The notes beneath the pieces were generated by a model. It searched no databases. It had not been told where the DNA came from and saw only the letters and a program-made list of their open reading frames with translations. A program made the position numbers and the translations under genes. A stretch of DNA of 33,475 nucleotides from a bacterium HR23 (lineage in GTDB: Bacteria > Chloroflexota > Dehalococcoidia > Lucifugimonadales > HRBIN23): assembly GCA_002923335.1 (NCBI GenBank), contig BEHZ01000002.1, positions 1 through 33,475 on the forward strand. The letters run 5' to 3'. Below, piece after piece: positions 13,833-22,052 of the stretch. The first letter of the stretch is position 1, and each line of letters begins with the position of its first letter.

Positions 13833-14681
13833 ATGGGCCGTGTGCGCCTGCCGGCGGTGGCCGGTCTCTTCTACCCCTGGGGCCGGCAAGCCTTGCAGGA
13901 GGAGATAGCCTGGTGCTACCGCCATCCCCTGGGGCCGGGTGCGCTTCCCGCTTTGACAGACACCCCCCTGGGAGATTCCCTCGGTCTTATCGCTCCTCAC
14001 GCCGGCTACCGCTATTCAGGGCCGATCAGCGCCCATGCCTATGCTTTCGTGGCCGCAGCGGGGCGTCCCCAGGGGGTGCTGGTCTTGGGGCCGGACCACT
14101 ACGGACTAGGTGCGTCCCTCTCCCTGTCCGACGCCGACACCTGGGAGACGCCTCTGGGCCAGACCCCTGTCTTCCACGCCTATGACGCCCACTTCCAAGA
14201 GCGCCTCCCTGAATTGCGTCCCAGCCCCGAAGGACACCGACGGGAGCACTCCCTGGAGGTGCACCTACCCTTCCTCCAGCATCTCCTGGGAGAGGCGTTC
14301 CCCTTTCTGCCCATCGCCATGCGAGACCAAGGGGTTGAGACTGCCTTACGGCTAGGGCAAGCGTTGGCCGAGGTGGTGCCCCGTCGTGGCTGGCTGGTCA
14401 TCGCCTCCACCGACCTCTCCCACTACTACCCCGAGGAGCGGGCACGCCCGCTGGACCGGCGTGTGCTCAAGGCCATCCTCACCGGAAGGCCGGGAGCGGT
14501 AGCGGAGGTGGCGGAGGAGGTGAATATGTGCGGACCCGGTCCGGTGATGGCGCTCTTGGCGTGCTTCGCCCAGTGGGGGCGTGCAGTGCCCAGCCTTCTG
14601 GCCTATGCCACCTCAGGAGACATCAGCGGGGAGCGGGAGGCGGTGGTGGGGTATGCGAGCCTTGCGCTGCGCAGGGGGTAA
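13833..14681 (+). CDS. Memo-like protein (AmmeMemoRadiSam system protein B family)
   Basis: Shows PAVAGLFYP near the N-terminus, [10 protein letters not shown], the [12 protein letters not shown] His motifs and a length of about 280 aa. No AMMECR1 or radical-SAM partner is visible in this window. Confidence 0.85.
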   Translation: MGRVRLPAVAGLFYPWGRQALQEEIAWCYRHPLGPGALPALTDTPLGDSLGLIAPHAGYRYSGPISAHAYAFVAAAGRPQGVLVLGPDHYGLGASLSLSDADTWETPLGQTPVFHAYDAHFQERLPELRPSPEGHRREHSLEVHLPFLQHLLGEAFPFLPIAMRDQGVETALRLGQALAEVVPRRGWLVIASTDLSHYYPEERARPLDRRVLKAILTGRPGAVAEVAEEVNMCGPGPVMALLACFAQWGRAVPSLLAYATSGDISGEREAVVGYASLALRRG

Positions 14682-15428
14682 CGGAGTTTCGGGGGGGCCT
14701 TTGCCTGCTCTAGCGTCATCGGGCGGTGTGTGCTCATCGGCCGACGGCAGGAGGCCCTTGGCCCGCAGATATTGCATGACCACATATACTCGGGGGTGCA
14801 CCTCCTCGGGCAGCCCGCCCAGTTTGCTGTAGATACTGTTGATGTGGCGTTCCACCGTCTTCGGTTCCAGGAATAGGGCCTGGGCGATGCCGGCGTTGCT
14901 ATAGCCCTGGGCCATGTAGGCGAGGACCTCCTGCTCTCGGGGCGAGAGGCCGTTGAGAAGGGAGGGAGAGGTGGCCTCCCCCAGCATCCCTTCAAAGAGG
15001 AGCGGGTCAAGGATAATACGCCCTTCGGCTACGGCGAGGAGGATGTGGACGATGTCCTCTGGGGAGTTGAGCGTGTTCTTGTAGAGGACAGCACATCCCC
15101 AGGCGCTGGAGCGGGTGAAGGAGCGGAGGGGGGTCAGGGCCCGGGGGTCGTGGAGGGCCATCAACACTGCAAGAGCAGTGGTGGGTGAGTAGGCTCGCAC
15201 CCCCTGCAAGGCCTCCACCGTGGCGGGAGCGAGGCGTTTCACCCCTATCAGCATCACATCGGGCCTGAGGGAACCCGCCACCGAAGTGAGGGCGGGGGAG
15301 GAGGTGTCTCCAGCGACACCACACAGGGCGAAGCGGGGATGGGAGGCGAAAAAGGAACGGAAGGCCTCCCGGAAGAGGGCCTGCTCCTCGGCGATGTAAA
15401 GGCGGAGGGGTTTATGCGTTGTCTCCAT
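14613..15428 (-). CDS. LuxR/NarL-type transcriptional regulator with an atypical (pseudo-)receiver domain, paralogue 1
   Basis: C-terminal LuxR HTH ([44 protein letters not shown]). The N-terminal REC-like fold has EE in place of the acidic DD pair (YIAEEQ) and Gly at the phospho-acceptor position (PDVMLIG). I prefer the start at [11 protein letters not shown] (ATG 15428). The 3' tail overlaps the convergent Memo gene by 69 nt. Confidence 0.85.
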   Translation of the reverse strand: METTHKPLRLYIAEEQALFREAFRSFFASHPRFALCGVAGDTSSPALTSVAGSLRPDVMLIGVKRLAPATVEALQGVRAYSPTTALAVLMALHDPRALTPLRSFTRSSAWGCAVLYKNTLNSPEDIVHILLAVAEGRIILDPLLFEGMLGEATSPSLLNGLSPREQEVLAYMAQGYSNAGIAQALFLEPKTVERHINSIYSKLGGLPEEVHPRVYVVMQYLRAKGLLPSADEHTPPDDARAGKGPPETPLPPAQRKARIPHHRLPLPADVS

Positions 15429-15528
15429 AGGAGTTCTCTCGCAGGATAGCCTTACGGACAGGGGCGGCACAAGCCCCAAAAGGGACTGCTCCTCTGGCCA
15501 AGGGTCATCAAGACCGCACTTACCATAA

Positions 15529-15540
15529 GATTGCGCAATC
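15529..15540. repeat. Perfect 12-bp palindrome GATTGCGCAATC in the divergent LuxR-1 / EF-G intergenic region
   Basis: Read directly from the sequence; the reverse complement is identical. Confidence 0.6.
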
Positions 15541-15664
15541 AGCGTCCCCCATTTGCGCCCTGTAGGGCGTGCCGGGTGTCTCAAGGGAAGTGCCCCTCGC
15601 CCCATTGTCATGAGGGGGGGTGCTCCTTTACCATGTAGCCAGGCGCGCCGAAAGGAGGCGTTGG

Positions 15665-17722
15665 ATGGCCACCTTCACCCCAGATCGCCTACGCAATGTT
15701 GCTTTGCTGGGCCACACCGGTTCGGGGAAGACCACCCTGGGGGAGGCCCTGCTGTTTGCTACAGGTGCCATCTCCCGCATGGGGCGTGTGGAGGACGGCA
15801 ACACGGTGGCCGACTATGAGCCGGAGGCAGTGAAGCGGCGGGGCAGTGTCCAGTTAGCCCTCTTGCCCTGCTTCTGGAAAGAGCACAAAATCACCTTCAT
15901 TGACACGCCCGGTTACTTCGACTTTACAGGGGAGGTGATTTCCGCCCTGCGGGCTGTGGACGCAGTGGTGTTGTGCGTCTCGGCCAATGCTGGCGTGGAA
16001 GTCATCACCGAACAGATGTGGGAGCGTGTCCAGGAGCAACACCTGCCCTGTCTGATCGTCATCACCAAGATGGACCGGGAGAACGCCGACTTCTCCCGCT
16101 GTCTGGCCAGTATCCAGCAGACCTTTGGACGGCAGTGTGTGGCCTACCAGATACCCATCGGTGCCGCCCAGACCTTTAGTGGCATCGTTCCCCTTCTGCC
16201 CCTGCCGGAGAGCATCCCCGCCGAGGTGAAGGCCCAGGTAGAGCAGGCACGGGAGCGCCTGGTAGAGGCCATCGCCGAGACCGACGACGCCCTGGCCACC
16301 AAATACCTGGAGGGGGAGGTTATTGCCGACCAGGACCTCCAGCACGCCCTCCGGGCAGGGGTCGTGCAGGGGAAAGTGGTGCCCGTGCTGGTAACCAGCG
16401 CCCTGCAGGGGAAGGGCGTTCCCCAACTGCTGGACGCGGTGCTGGCCCTTTTGCCCTCGCCTGCCGAGAGCCCCCCTGTGGAGGCCACCAACCCCGCCAC
16501 TGGCCAGAAGGAGGCTCTGCGGACCGACCCTTCCGGCCCCCTGGCCGCCCTGGTCTTCAAGACCACCGCCGACCCCTATGTGGGGAAACTCTCCCTCTTT
16601 CGGGTGGTCAGCGGGACCTTCACCCCGGGAGAGGTGTTCAACGCTACGAAAGGGCAAACGGAACGGGTGGGGCAGGTTTTTCTCCTGCGGGGCAAGACCC
16701 AGGAAGCGGTGCCCTCTCTCATGGCGGGGGACATTGGTGCAGTTACCAAACTCCAGGCTACCAGCACCGGCGACACCCTGTGCAACCGGGACCACCCCCT
16801 GGTGGTGCCCGGCCTCTCCTTCCCCGAGCCCCTCTACTCCCTGGCGGTGTATCCCAAGACCAAGGCCGACCTGGATAAACTCGGACCGGCCCTCGCCCGC
16901 CTAGTGGAGGAAGACCCCTCCCTCCGCTTCACCCGGGAGCCGGGGACGGGGGAGGCGCTTCTGCAGGGCCTGGGGGACGCCCACCTGGATGTCGCCCTGC
17001 AGCGGGCGCAGCGCAAGTTCGGCGTTGGCCTGGTGGTGCAGACCCCCAAGGTGCCTTATAAGGAAACGGTCTCCGCCCGTGCCGACCGTGTAGAGAGCAG
17101 GTATAAGAAGCAGACGGGTGGCCACGGCCACTACGCCCACATCGTGGTGCGCATTGAACCTTTGCCCCGAGGGTCGGGCCTGGAGTTCGCCGAGGAGGTG
17201 GTCGGGGGGGTGGTGCCCAAGGAATTCATCCCGGCGGTGGAGAAGGGGGTGAAGCGGGCAGCCGCCGAAGGGGTGGTGGCGGGCTATCCCGTTACCGATG
17301 TGCGGGTCGTCCTTTTTGACGGCTCCTCCCACCCGGTAGACTCGGCCAGCGGGGACTTTGAAATCGCCGGCTACGAGGGCCTGCGCAAGGGAGTTCTCCA
17401 GGCCAACCCGGTGCTCCTGGAGCCCATTATGCGCCTGGAGGTAACGGTGCCCGACCAGTTCAGCGGGGATGTGATAGGCGACCTGAACGGGAAGCGGGGG
17501 CGCATCCTGGGGATGACGCCCCTGGGCAACGGCAAGACGCAGATAGATGCCCTGGTGCCTTTGGTGGAGGTGCAGAGGTATGTGCTGGACCTGCGCTCCC
17601 TTACCCAGGGGCGGGGCACCTTCCGCATGACCTTTGACCACTACGAGGAATTGCCTCCCCATTTGGCCCAGAAGGTCATTGAACAGGTCAAGCAGGCGCG
17701 TGCCGAGGGAGGAGGGAGGTAG
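15665..17722 (+). CDS. Elongation factor G paralogue (EF-G2-like translational GTPase)
   Basis: G-domain motifs [17 protein letters not shown] and TKMD, plus EF-G domains II-V over about 685 aa. SD AAAGGAGG lies before ATG 15665. It is not in an rpsL-rpsG-fusA-tuf context and diverges from canonical AHIDAGKTT / DTPGHVDF. Confidence 0.9.
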   Translation: MATFTPDRLRNVALLGHTGSGKTTLGEALLFATGAISRMGRVEDGNTVADYEPEAVKRRGSVQLALLPCFWKEHKITFIDTPGYFDFTGEVISALRAVDAVVLCVSANAGVEVITEQMWERVQEQHLPCLIVITKMDRENADFSRCLASIQQTFGRQCVAYQIPIGAAQTFSGIVPLLPLPESIPAEVKAQVEQARERLVEAIAETDDALATKYLEGEVIADQDLQHALRAGVVQGKVVPVLVTSALQGKGVPQLLDAVLALLPSPAESPPVEATNPATGQKEALRTDPSGPLAALVFKTTADPYVGKLSLFRVVSGTFTPGEVFNATKGQTERVGQVFLLRGKTQEAVPSLMAGDIGAVTKLQATSTGDTLCNRDHPLVVPGLSFPEPLYSLAVYPKTKADLDKLGPALARLVEEDPSLRFTREPGTGEALLQGLGDAHLDVALQRAQRKFGVGLVVQTPKVPYKETVSARADRVESRYKKQTGGHGHYAHIVVRIEPLPRGSGLEFAEEVVGGVVPKEFIPAVEKGVKRAAAEGVVAGYPVTDVRVVLFDGSSHPVDSASGDFEIAGYEGLRKGVLQANPVLLEPIMRLEVTVPDQFSGDVIGDLNGKRGRILGMTPLGNGKTQIDALVPLVEVQRYVLDLRSLTQGRGTFRMTFDHYEELPPHLAQKVIEQVKQARAEGGGR

Positions 17723-17736
17723 GAAGTAGGAGCGGT

Positions 17737-18006
17737 ATGCGGGAAATACCCAGAGAGGAATACCTGGCCTTTAGGGCCACACACCCTTCTGTGGTCATTG
17801 AAGGGAAGTGCGTGCGCCTGCAGGACGGGGGGAAAATTCCCCTTTTGCAACCGGCCGAATTTCGCTTGGAAACCACGACGGTCTGGTCCTTTGAAAATAG
17901 GGGTAAGTGGGCAACGCACCGGGGGGACTACCGGGGGAACTGGGCACCAGAGATCCCCAGGAACCTCATCTTGCGCAAATTGCAGGAGTTGTGGCCGCAG
18001 GCATAG
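17737..18006 (+). pseudogene. N-terminal fragment of a DNA methyltransferase (N4/N6 methylase family), truncated before the SAM-binding motif
   Basis: The block TTVWSFENRGKWATHRGDYRGNWAPEIPRNLILR is one I recognise as immediately preceding the (D/V)LDPFxGSGTT motif in a subgroup of site-specific DNA methylases. Here the ORF stops about 10 codons later with no catalytic or SAM motifs. Confidence 0.55.
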
Positions 18007-18021
18007 CATGAGGTATAACCC

Positions 18022-18999
18022 ATGGCTAAACCGAACTACTTTCTCGTCTCGGTGTCAACTCGCCAACATCTGGACCTGTGCCTGAGGTATGCGCTGGCTG
18101 GGTTTACAAACAGCATCGCAGGGGTGTGGACTTTCGTTGAAATTCGTGAGGGCGATTTCGTTTCCTTCCTTTACGGCGCCCGCGCGTTCAACCTGTATCA
18201 GGTTGTCGCCAAGGAGGCAATACGGCGATTTGTCGGAATGCCCCCATGGCCACCTGTTTCGTTCAGGCAGTCTGGCAGGTCATACCATTTTCCGTTTCGG
18301 CTTCACTTGCGCCCGGTCCGCAAGTTTTGTGAGTCTTTGGTGCGCCGAGAATTTGCCTATGTAGCCGAGAATCTGCTCTTGCGGGCCGGCTACCGCAAAA
18401 CGCATTTCCAAGCAGACCAAACAACCTTGCAAAATGTCTCGCAAATGGGCGAGCTTTGGAACGACGTTGGTAAGCGCTTGGTAATGCGGCCCTACTGCAC
18501 CTTTGAGCCGCAGTTCACGCTTGCCGGAACGCACGAGGACATCCCTTTCGTTTTCCATTTGCACGAGACCATTTTGCAGGCTGCAATCAGGCAATATCTG
18601 TCCGGCGTGGCGAACCTCACTCGGTTCTTGTCAATGGCCGGCTTTAATGGTCTCTCGGCAAGCGCACTTGAAGCATTGGGCGAGAAGGCGCTATCGCAAG
18701 GGCATGTTGACATCCTGCTCAAGGACCGAGTTCCCATTGCACAAGCAAGGAAAATTGCTGTGGAAGTCAAACTGGGCACAGCGCAGCCAAGTCATTTGAA
18801 GCAGTTGAGGGGCTACATGGAGGAACTGGGAGACGAATGCATCGGAGGAGTTTTGATCGCCAAGGAGTTCTCCAAAACCATTGTGCGTCAGGCAGCGGGA
18901 CTGAAAATCGGCTTGGTTCGTTACGGACTCAACCTTGACAATAGTAGACATTACACTTTTGACGAAATTCTGTCCAAACTGCAGTTTTACTCAGTTTGA
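18022..18999 (+). CDS. EVE/PUA-like domain fused to a NucS/DUF91-like PD-(D/E)xK nuclease domain (candidate modification-dependent restriction endonuclease)
   Basis: N-terminal pattern NYFLVSVSTRQHLDLCLRYALAGF...EGDFVSFLYG...NLYQVV...YHFPFRLHLRPV is EVE/PUA-like. The C-terminal GHVDILLKD...KIAVEVKLGTAQPSHLKQLRGYMEEL...GGVLIAKEF shows the D..ExK core and NucS-type layout. GC content is clearly lower than in the flanks. Confidence 0.65.
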   Translation: MAKPNYFLVSVSTRQHLDLCLRYALAGFTNSIAGVWTFVEIREGDFVSFLYGARAFNLYQVVAKEAIRRFVGMPPWPPVSFRQSGRSYHFPFRLHLRPVRKFCESLVRREFAYVAENLLLRAGYRKTHFQADQTTLQNVSQMGELWNDVGKRLVMRPYCTFEPQFTLAGTHEDIPFVFHLHETILQAAIRQYLSGVANLTRFLSMAGFNGLSASALEALGEKALSQGHVDILLKDRVPIAQARKIAVEVKLGTAQPSHLKQLRGYMEELGDECIGGVLIAKEFSKTIVRQAAGLKIGLVRYGLNLDNSRHYTFDEILSKLQFYSV

Positions 19000-19004
19000 C
19001 TCCG

Positions 19005-19790
19005 TGCATCCTTCCAGCTGGAAGTCCGATCAACCCTCCAGCGGAAGCGGTAAGGTGAAAGGTCCGGCTTGCGGCCGCGGCGGTGTTGACGGCATCGGCG
19101 CGGGATGCAGGGTCGGATGCCTCGGCGCCACAAGGATTGCCGAAAGGCGTCGCTGTTGTAGCCTTTGTCGGTGACCGGCACCTGGGGCCGAGGGCGCGGC
19201 CGTCCGCGCCGTCGGGGAACCCGGACCGTCTGCACTGTCGCCTCTGTCCACCGAATCTCGGCCGGTTGCGCACCGGCCACCATGCCCCCAATGGGCAGGC
19301 CCTGGCCTTCTGTCACCAGCATCCACTTGCTCCCTTTGCCTCGTATAGTCACGTCCACCGCCTCGCCCCCCTTTTGGCCGGAACAAACGTGCCGTCCAGG
19401 AAGGCCTGGGTCCGTTGCCGTTGGCCTCGCTCCTCCAGGATGGCCAGACACGTCCGCCAAATGCGTTCCCAGACGCCTTCCTGCTGCCACCGCCGGGACC
19501 GCCACCAGTAGTCACCGGACTCCCATCCTCCGCGGCATGTCTTCCCACCGACACCCCGTGCGCAGCGAATACAGAATCCCGCTCAAGGTCCGCCGGTCAT
19601 CTGCCCTCGGCTTCCCCCGCCCCCCTGGGGTGGAAGCAACGGCCGGATGGCTATCCACTGCGCATCCTGAGATCCCTGACCGTGGCCAGCCTCCTTCCCA
19701 TAGGGCTGACCATAGTTAACCCCATCTTCGGGTGTTTTTGAAATGGCTTGTAGGACCTTTTTCCCCGTGCGAGGGAAGGGCTGTCCAACT
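19005..19790 (-). mobile_element. IS5-family (IS427/IS1031-like) insertion sequence remnant; transposase multiply frameshifted and 3'-truncated
   Basis: Minus-strand translation across three frames gives typical transposase blocks. These are SQDAQWIAIRPLLPP / GKPRADDRRTLSGILYSLRTGCRWEDMP / WRSRRWQQEGVWERIW..AFLDGTFVPAK / GGEAVDVTIRGKGSKWMLVTEGQGLPIGG..VTDKGYNSDAFRQSLWRRGIRPCIP..YRFRWRVDRTSSW. At least 4 frame changes are needed, and the similarity ends near 19010. The element ends are not defined. Confidence 0.75.
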
Positions 19791-19800
19791 TGGAACGCTG

Positions 19801-20460
19801 TCATTCCCGTAACTTCTCCAGTTTCTCGTCTTTCCCCGCCAGAATGAAGGTGTCATCGGGCTGAATGCGCTCGTCCTCGGCCGGGAGGAGGATCACGTCC
19901 TTCCCCCGGCGGATGGCCAGCACCGCTAGGCCATATTTATCCCTCGGCCCCGAAAGCCCCGCCTCCTTCAGGGTCATGCCGTGGAAGGCTTCCGGCAGGC
20001 GCACCTTGCTCAGGCCAAAGCCGGGGGCTACCTCCATATACTCCAGCACATCGGGGGTGAAGAGACTGCGGGCCACCCGCTCCCCCATCTCCTGCTCGGG
20101 GTAGACCACTCGATCGGCCCCCACCCGTGCCAGGGTGCGCCCGTGGAGGTCATCCCGTGCTCGTGCCACGATATAGGGCATGCCCATGCTCTTCAAGAGG
20201 ACGGTGCACATAATGCTGGCCTGCACATCGGAGCCGATGGCGATAACCGCGGCGTCAAAATTGGGGGCGCCCAGTTCCCGCAATACCGCCTCGCTGGTGG
20301 CGTCGGCCTTGACGGGGTAAGTAATCTGCCCCACCAGGGCCTGCACCAGTTGCTCGTTGGTGTCTATCCCAAGCACATCGTAGCCCATCTGGTAGAGGGT
20401 GCGGGCCACCCGTGCCCCGAAGCGTCCCAGTCCCACCACGATGACCTGTCGTTTCGGCAT
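19801..20460 (-). CDS. TrkA/KtrA-type K+ uptake regulatory subunit (RCK N+C domains)
   Basis: Rossmann motif VVGLGRFGARVARTL, about 219 aa, directly downstream of a TrkH/KtrB-family gene. Confidence 0.9.
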   Translation of the reverse strand: MPKRQVIVVGLGRFGARVARTLYQMGYDVLGIDTNEQLVQALVGQITYPVKADATSEAVLRELGAPNFDAAVIAIGSDVQASIMCTVLLKSMGMPYIVARARDDLHGRTLARVGADRVVYPEQEMGERVARSLFTPDVLEYMEVAPGFGLSKVRLPEAFHGMTLKEAGLSGPRDKYGLAVLAIRRGKDVILLPAEDERIQPDDTFILAGKDEKLEKLRE

Positions 20461-20467
20461 GGCTCAC

Positions 20468-21907
20468 CTACGCTATGCGCACTGGCTCTTGAGCGAAGCG
20501 GAGGACGGCGGGGCGCTCCCTGGGCATCAGGGCCAGCGCCAGGGTCAACGGCCCCAACCGCCCCAACAGCATGGTAAGGATAATTACCACCTTCCCCGCA
20601 ATAGACAGTTGGGGCGTTACCCCGGTGCTCAGCCCCACCGTCCCGAAGGCGGAGACAACCTCAAAAAGGAAACTCAAGAAGTTCCCCTGGCGCTCCACAA
20701 AGGTCATGAAGAAGGACGCCACGAAAACGATGGTCAGTCCCAGGAAGGCGACCGCCAGGGCACGGTGCACCACCTGGGCAGGGATCTCCCGTCCGAAGGC
20801 GTTTACATACTGCTGGCCCCGCAGGGAGGCCACCATGGTTGCCACCAGCACCCCCACGGTGTTGATACGGATACCGCCCCCGGTAGAGGCGGAGGCGGTG
20901 CCGATGAACATCAACGCGACGATGAAGAAGAAGGTGGCCTGATTCATCCCGCTGAAGTCCACGGTGGTGAAGCCGGCGGTGCGGGCGCTCACCGAGAAGA
21001 AGAGGGCATTCACTATCTTTCCCCACACGGGAAGGGCACCCAAAGTCGCCCGGTGGGCATATTCAAATCCCAGCACCACCAGGGTGCCCGCCGTCCACAG
21101 GGCGAGACTGGCGACCACCACCATCTTGGTGTCCAGGGCAAGGCGAGACCACCGGCGCGTCCGCACCAGGTCCGCCATTACAGGGTAACTGAGGCCGCCC
21201 AGGATAATAAGGAGCATCATCACCGCCAGGGAGGGCACATCTAGGGAGAGGAGGCTCAGGTTGCGGGAGCCGGGGAGGATGGCAAAGCCGGCGTTGTTGA
21301 AAGCACTGACCCCGTGGAAAACCCCCTGCCAGAGGGCTGTAGCCCAGGAGGCGTCTGGGAGCACGCTCTTCAACCGCCACGCCAGAAGGAGGCTCCCCAT
21401 GGCCTCAATGGCCAGGAAGGTCAGGACGGTGCCCCGCATCACCTGCACCACGTGCCCTACCTGGTGGAGGCCCAAAGGCTGTTGCATCACCAGTTGGTGC
21501 GCCAGAGAGAGGCGCTGACCCAAAACCAGGAGCAGGAAACTGGCCAGAGTCATCCACCCCAACCCTCCCACCAGGATAAGGGCCCAAATAATGCCCTGGC
21601 CCAGAGGCGTCCAGTAGGTAGCGGTGTCCACCACTACCAGCCCCGTTACCGTTGCCGCCGAGGTTGCGGTGAAGAAGGCGGTCATAAAGGGCGTCATTTT
21701 GCCCTCGGTGTTGGCCCAGGGCAAGAGGAGGAGCCCAGTGCCCACCAGCACTAGGAACAGGAAGCCATAGATAATGCTCAGGGGCGACGCCAGGCGCTGG
21801 GACGGTGGTTTGGGCAGGGCTAACTGAAAAACGATGGGGCGCAACTGGGCAAGCCGTGGGCGACGCACCACCACATCCCCGGGGCGGGGACGCCAGGCTT
21901 GGGACAC
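20468..21907 (-). CDS. TrkH/KtrB-family K+ transporter membrane subunit
   Basis: Polytopic membrane protein of 479 aa with repeated pore-loop-like segments (TAGFT, GGLS, STGGG, GTVGLSTG). It forms an operon with the RCK subunit, separated by a 7-nt gap. Confidence 0.88.
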   Translation of the reverse strand: MSQAWRPRPGDVVVRRPRLAQLRPIVFQLALPKPPSQRLASPLSIIYGFLFLVLVGTGLLLLPWANTEGKMTPFMTAFFTATSAATVTGLVVVDTATYWTPLGQGIIWALILVGGLGWMTLASFLLLVLGQRLSLAHQLVMQQPLGLHQVGHVVQVMRGTVLTFLAIEAMGSLLLAWRLKSVLPDASWATALWQGVFHGVSAFNNAGFAILPGSRNLSLLSLDVPSLAVMMLLIILGGLSYPVMADLVRTRRWSRLALDTKMVVVASLALWTAGTLVVLGFEYAHRATLGALPVWGKIVNALFFSVSARTAGFTTVDFSGMNQATFFFIVALMFIGTASASTGGGIRINTVGVLVATMVASLRGQQYVNAFGREIPAQVVHRALAVAFLGLTIVFVASFFMTFVERQGNFLSFLFEVVSAFGTVGLSTGVTPQLSIAGKVVIILTMLLGRLGPLTLALALMPRERPAVLRFAQEPVRIA

Positions 21908-22052
21908 CTTTCCTCCTGTGGGAGATACTCTTTAGTAATATACCAGCCCCTTCCCCTTCAATGCACACGGGGGAGCACCTCCCGGGCGAAGCGCCGGACA
22001 TTGGCCACTGCCTCGTCCAGGGTAGCGCCCCGGGGCCCCAACACCAGGTGGT

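Noticed and set aside
13833-14681. The Memo-like gene as part of a complete AmmeMemoRadiSam system
   Set aside because: Only the B (Memo) component is present in this window. The neighbours are ruvX and a LuxR-type regulator, so nothing here supports the full three-gene system.
18987-19804. Several overlapping ORFs on both strands (18987..19505 -, 19030..19554 -, 19583..19804 -, 19083..19511 +, 19165..19719 +, 19415..19741 +) that could be read as separate genes
   Set aside because: The minus-strand pieces are frames of one decayed IS5-family transposase. The plus-strand ORFs are antisense artefacts with implausible composition.
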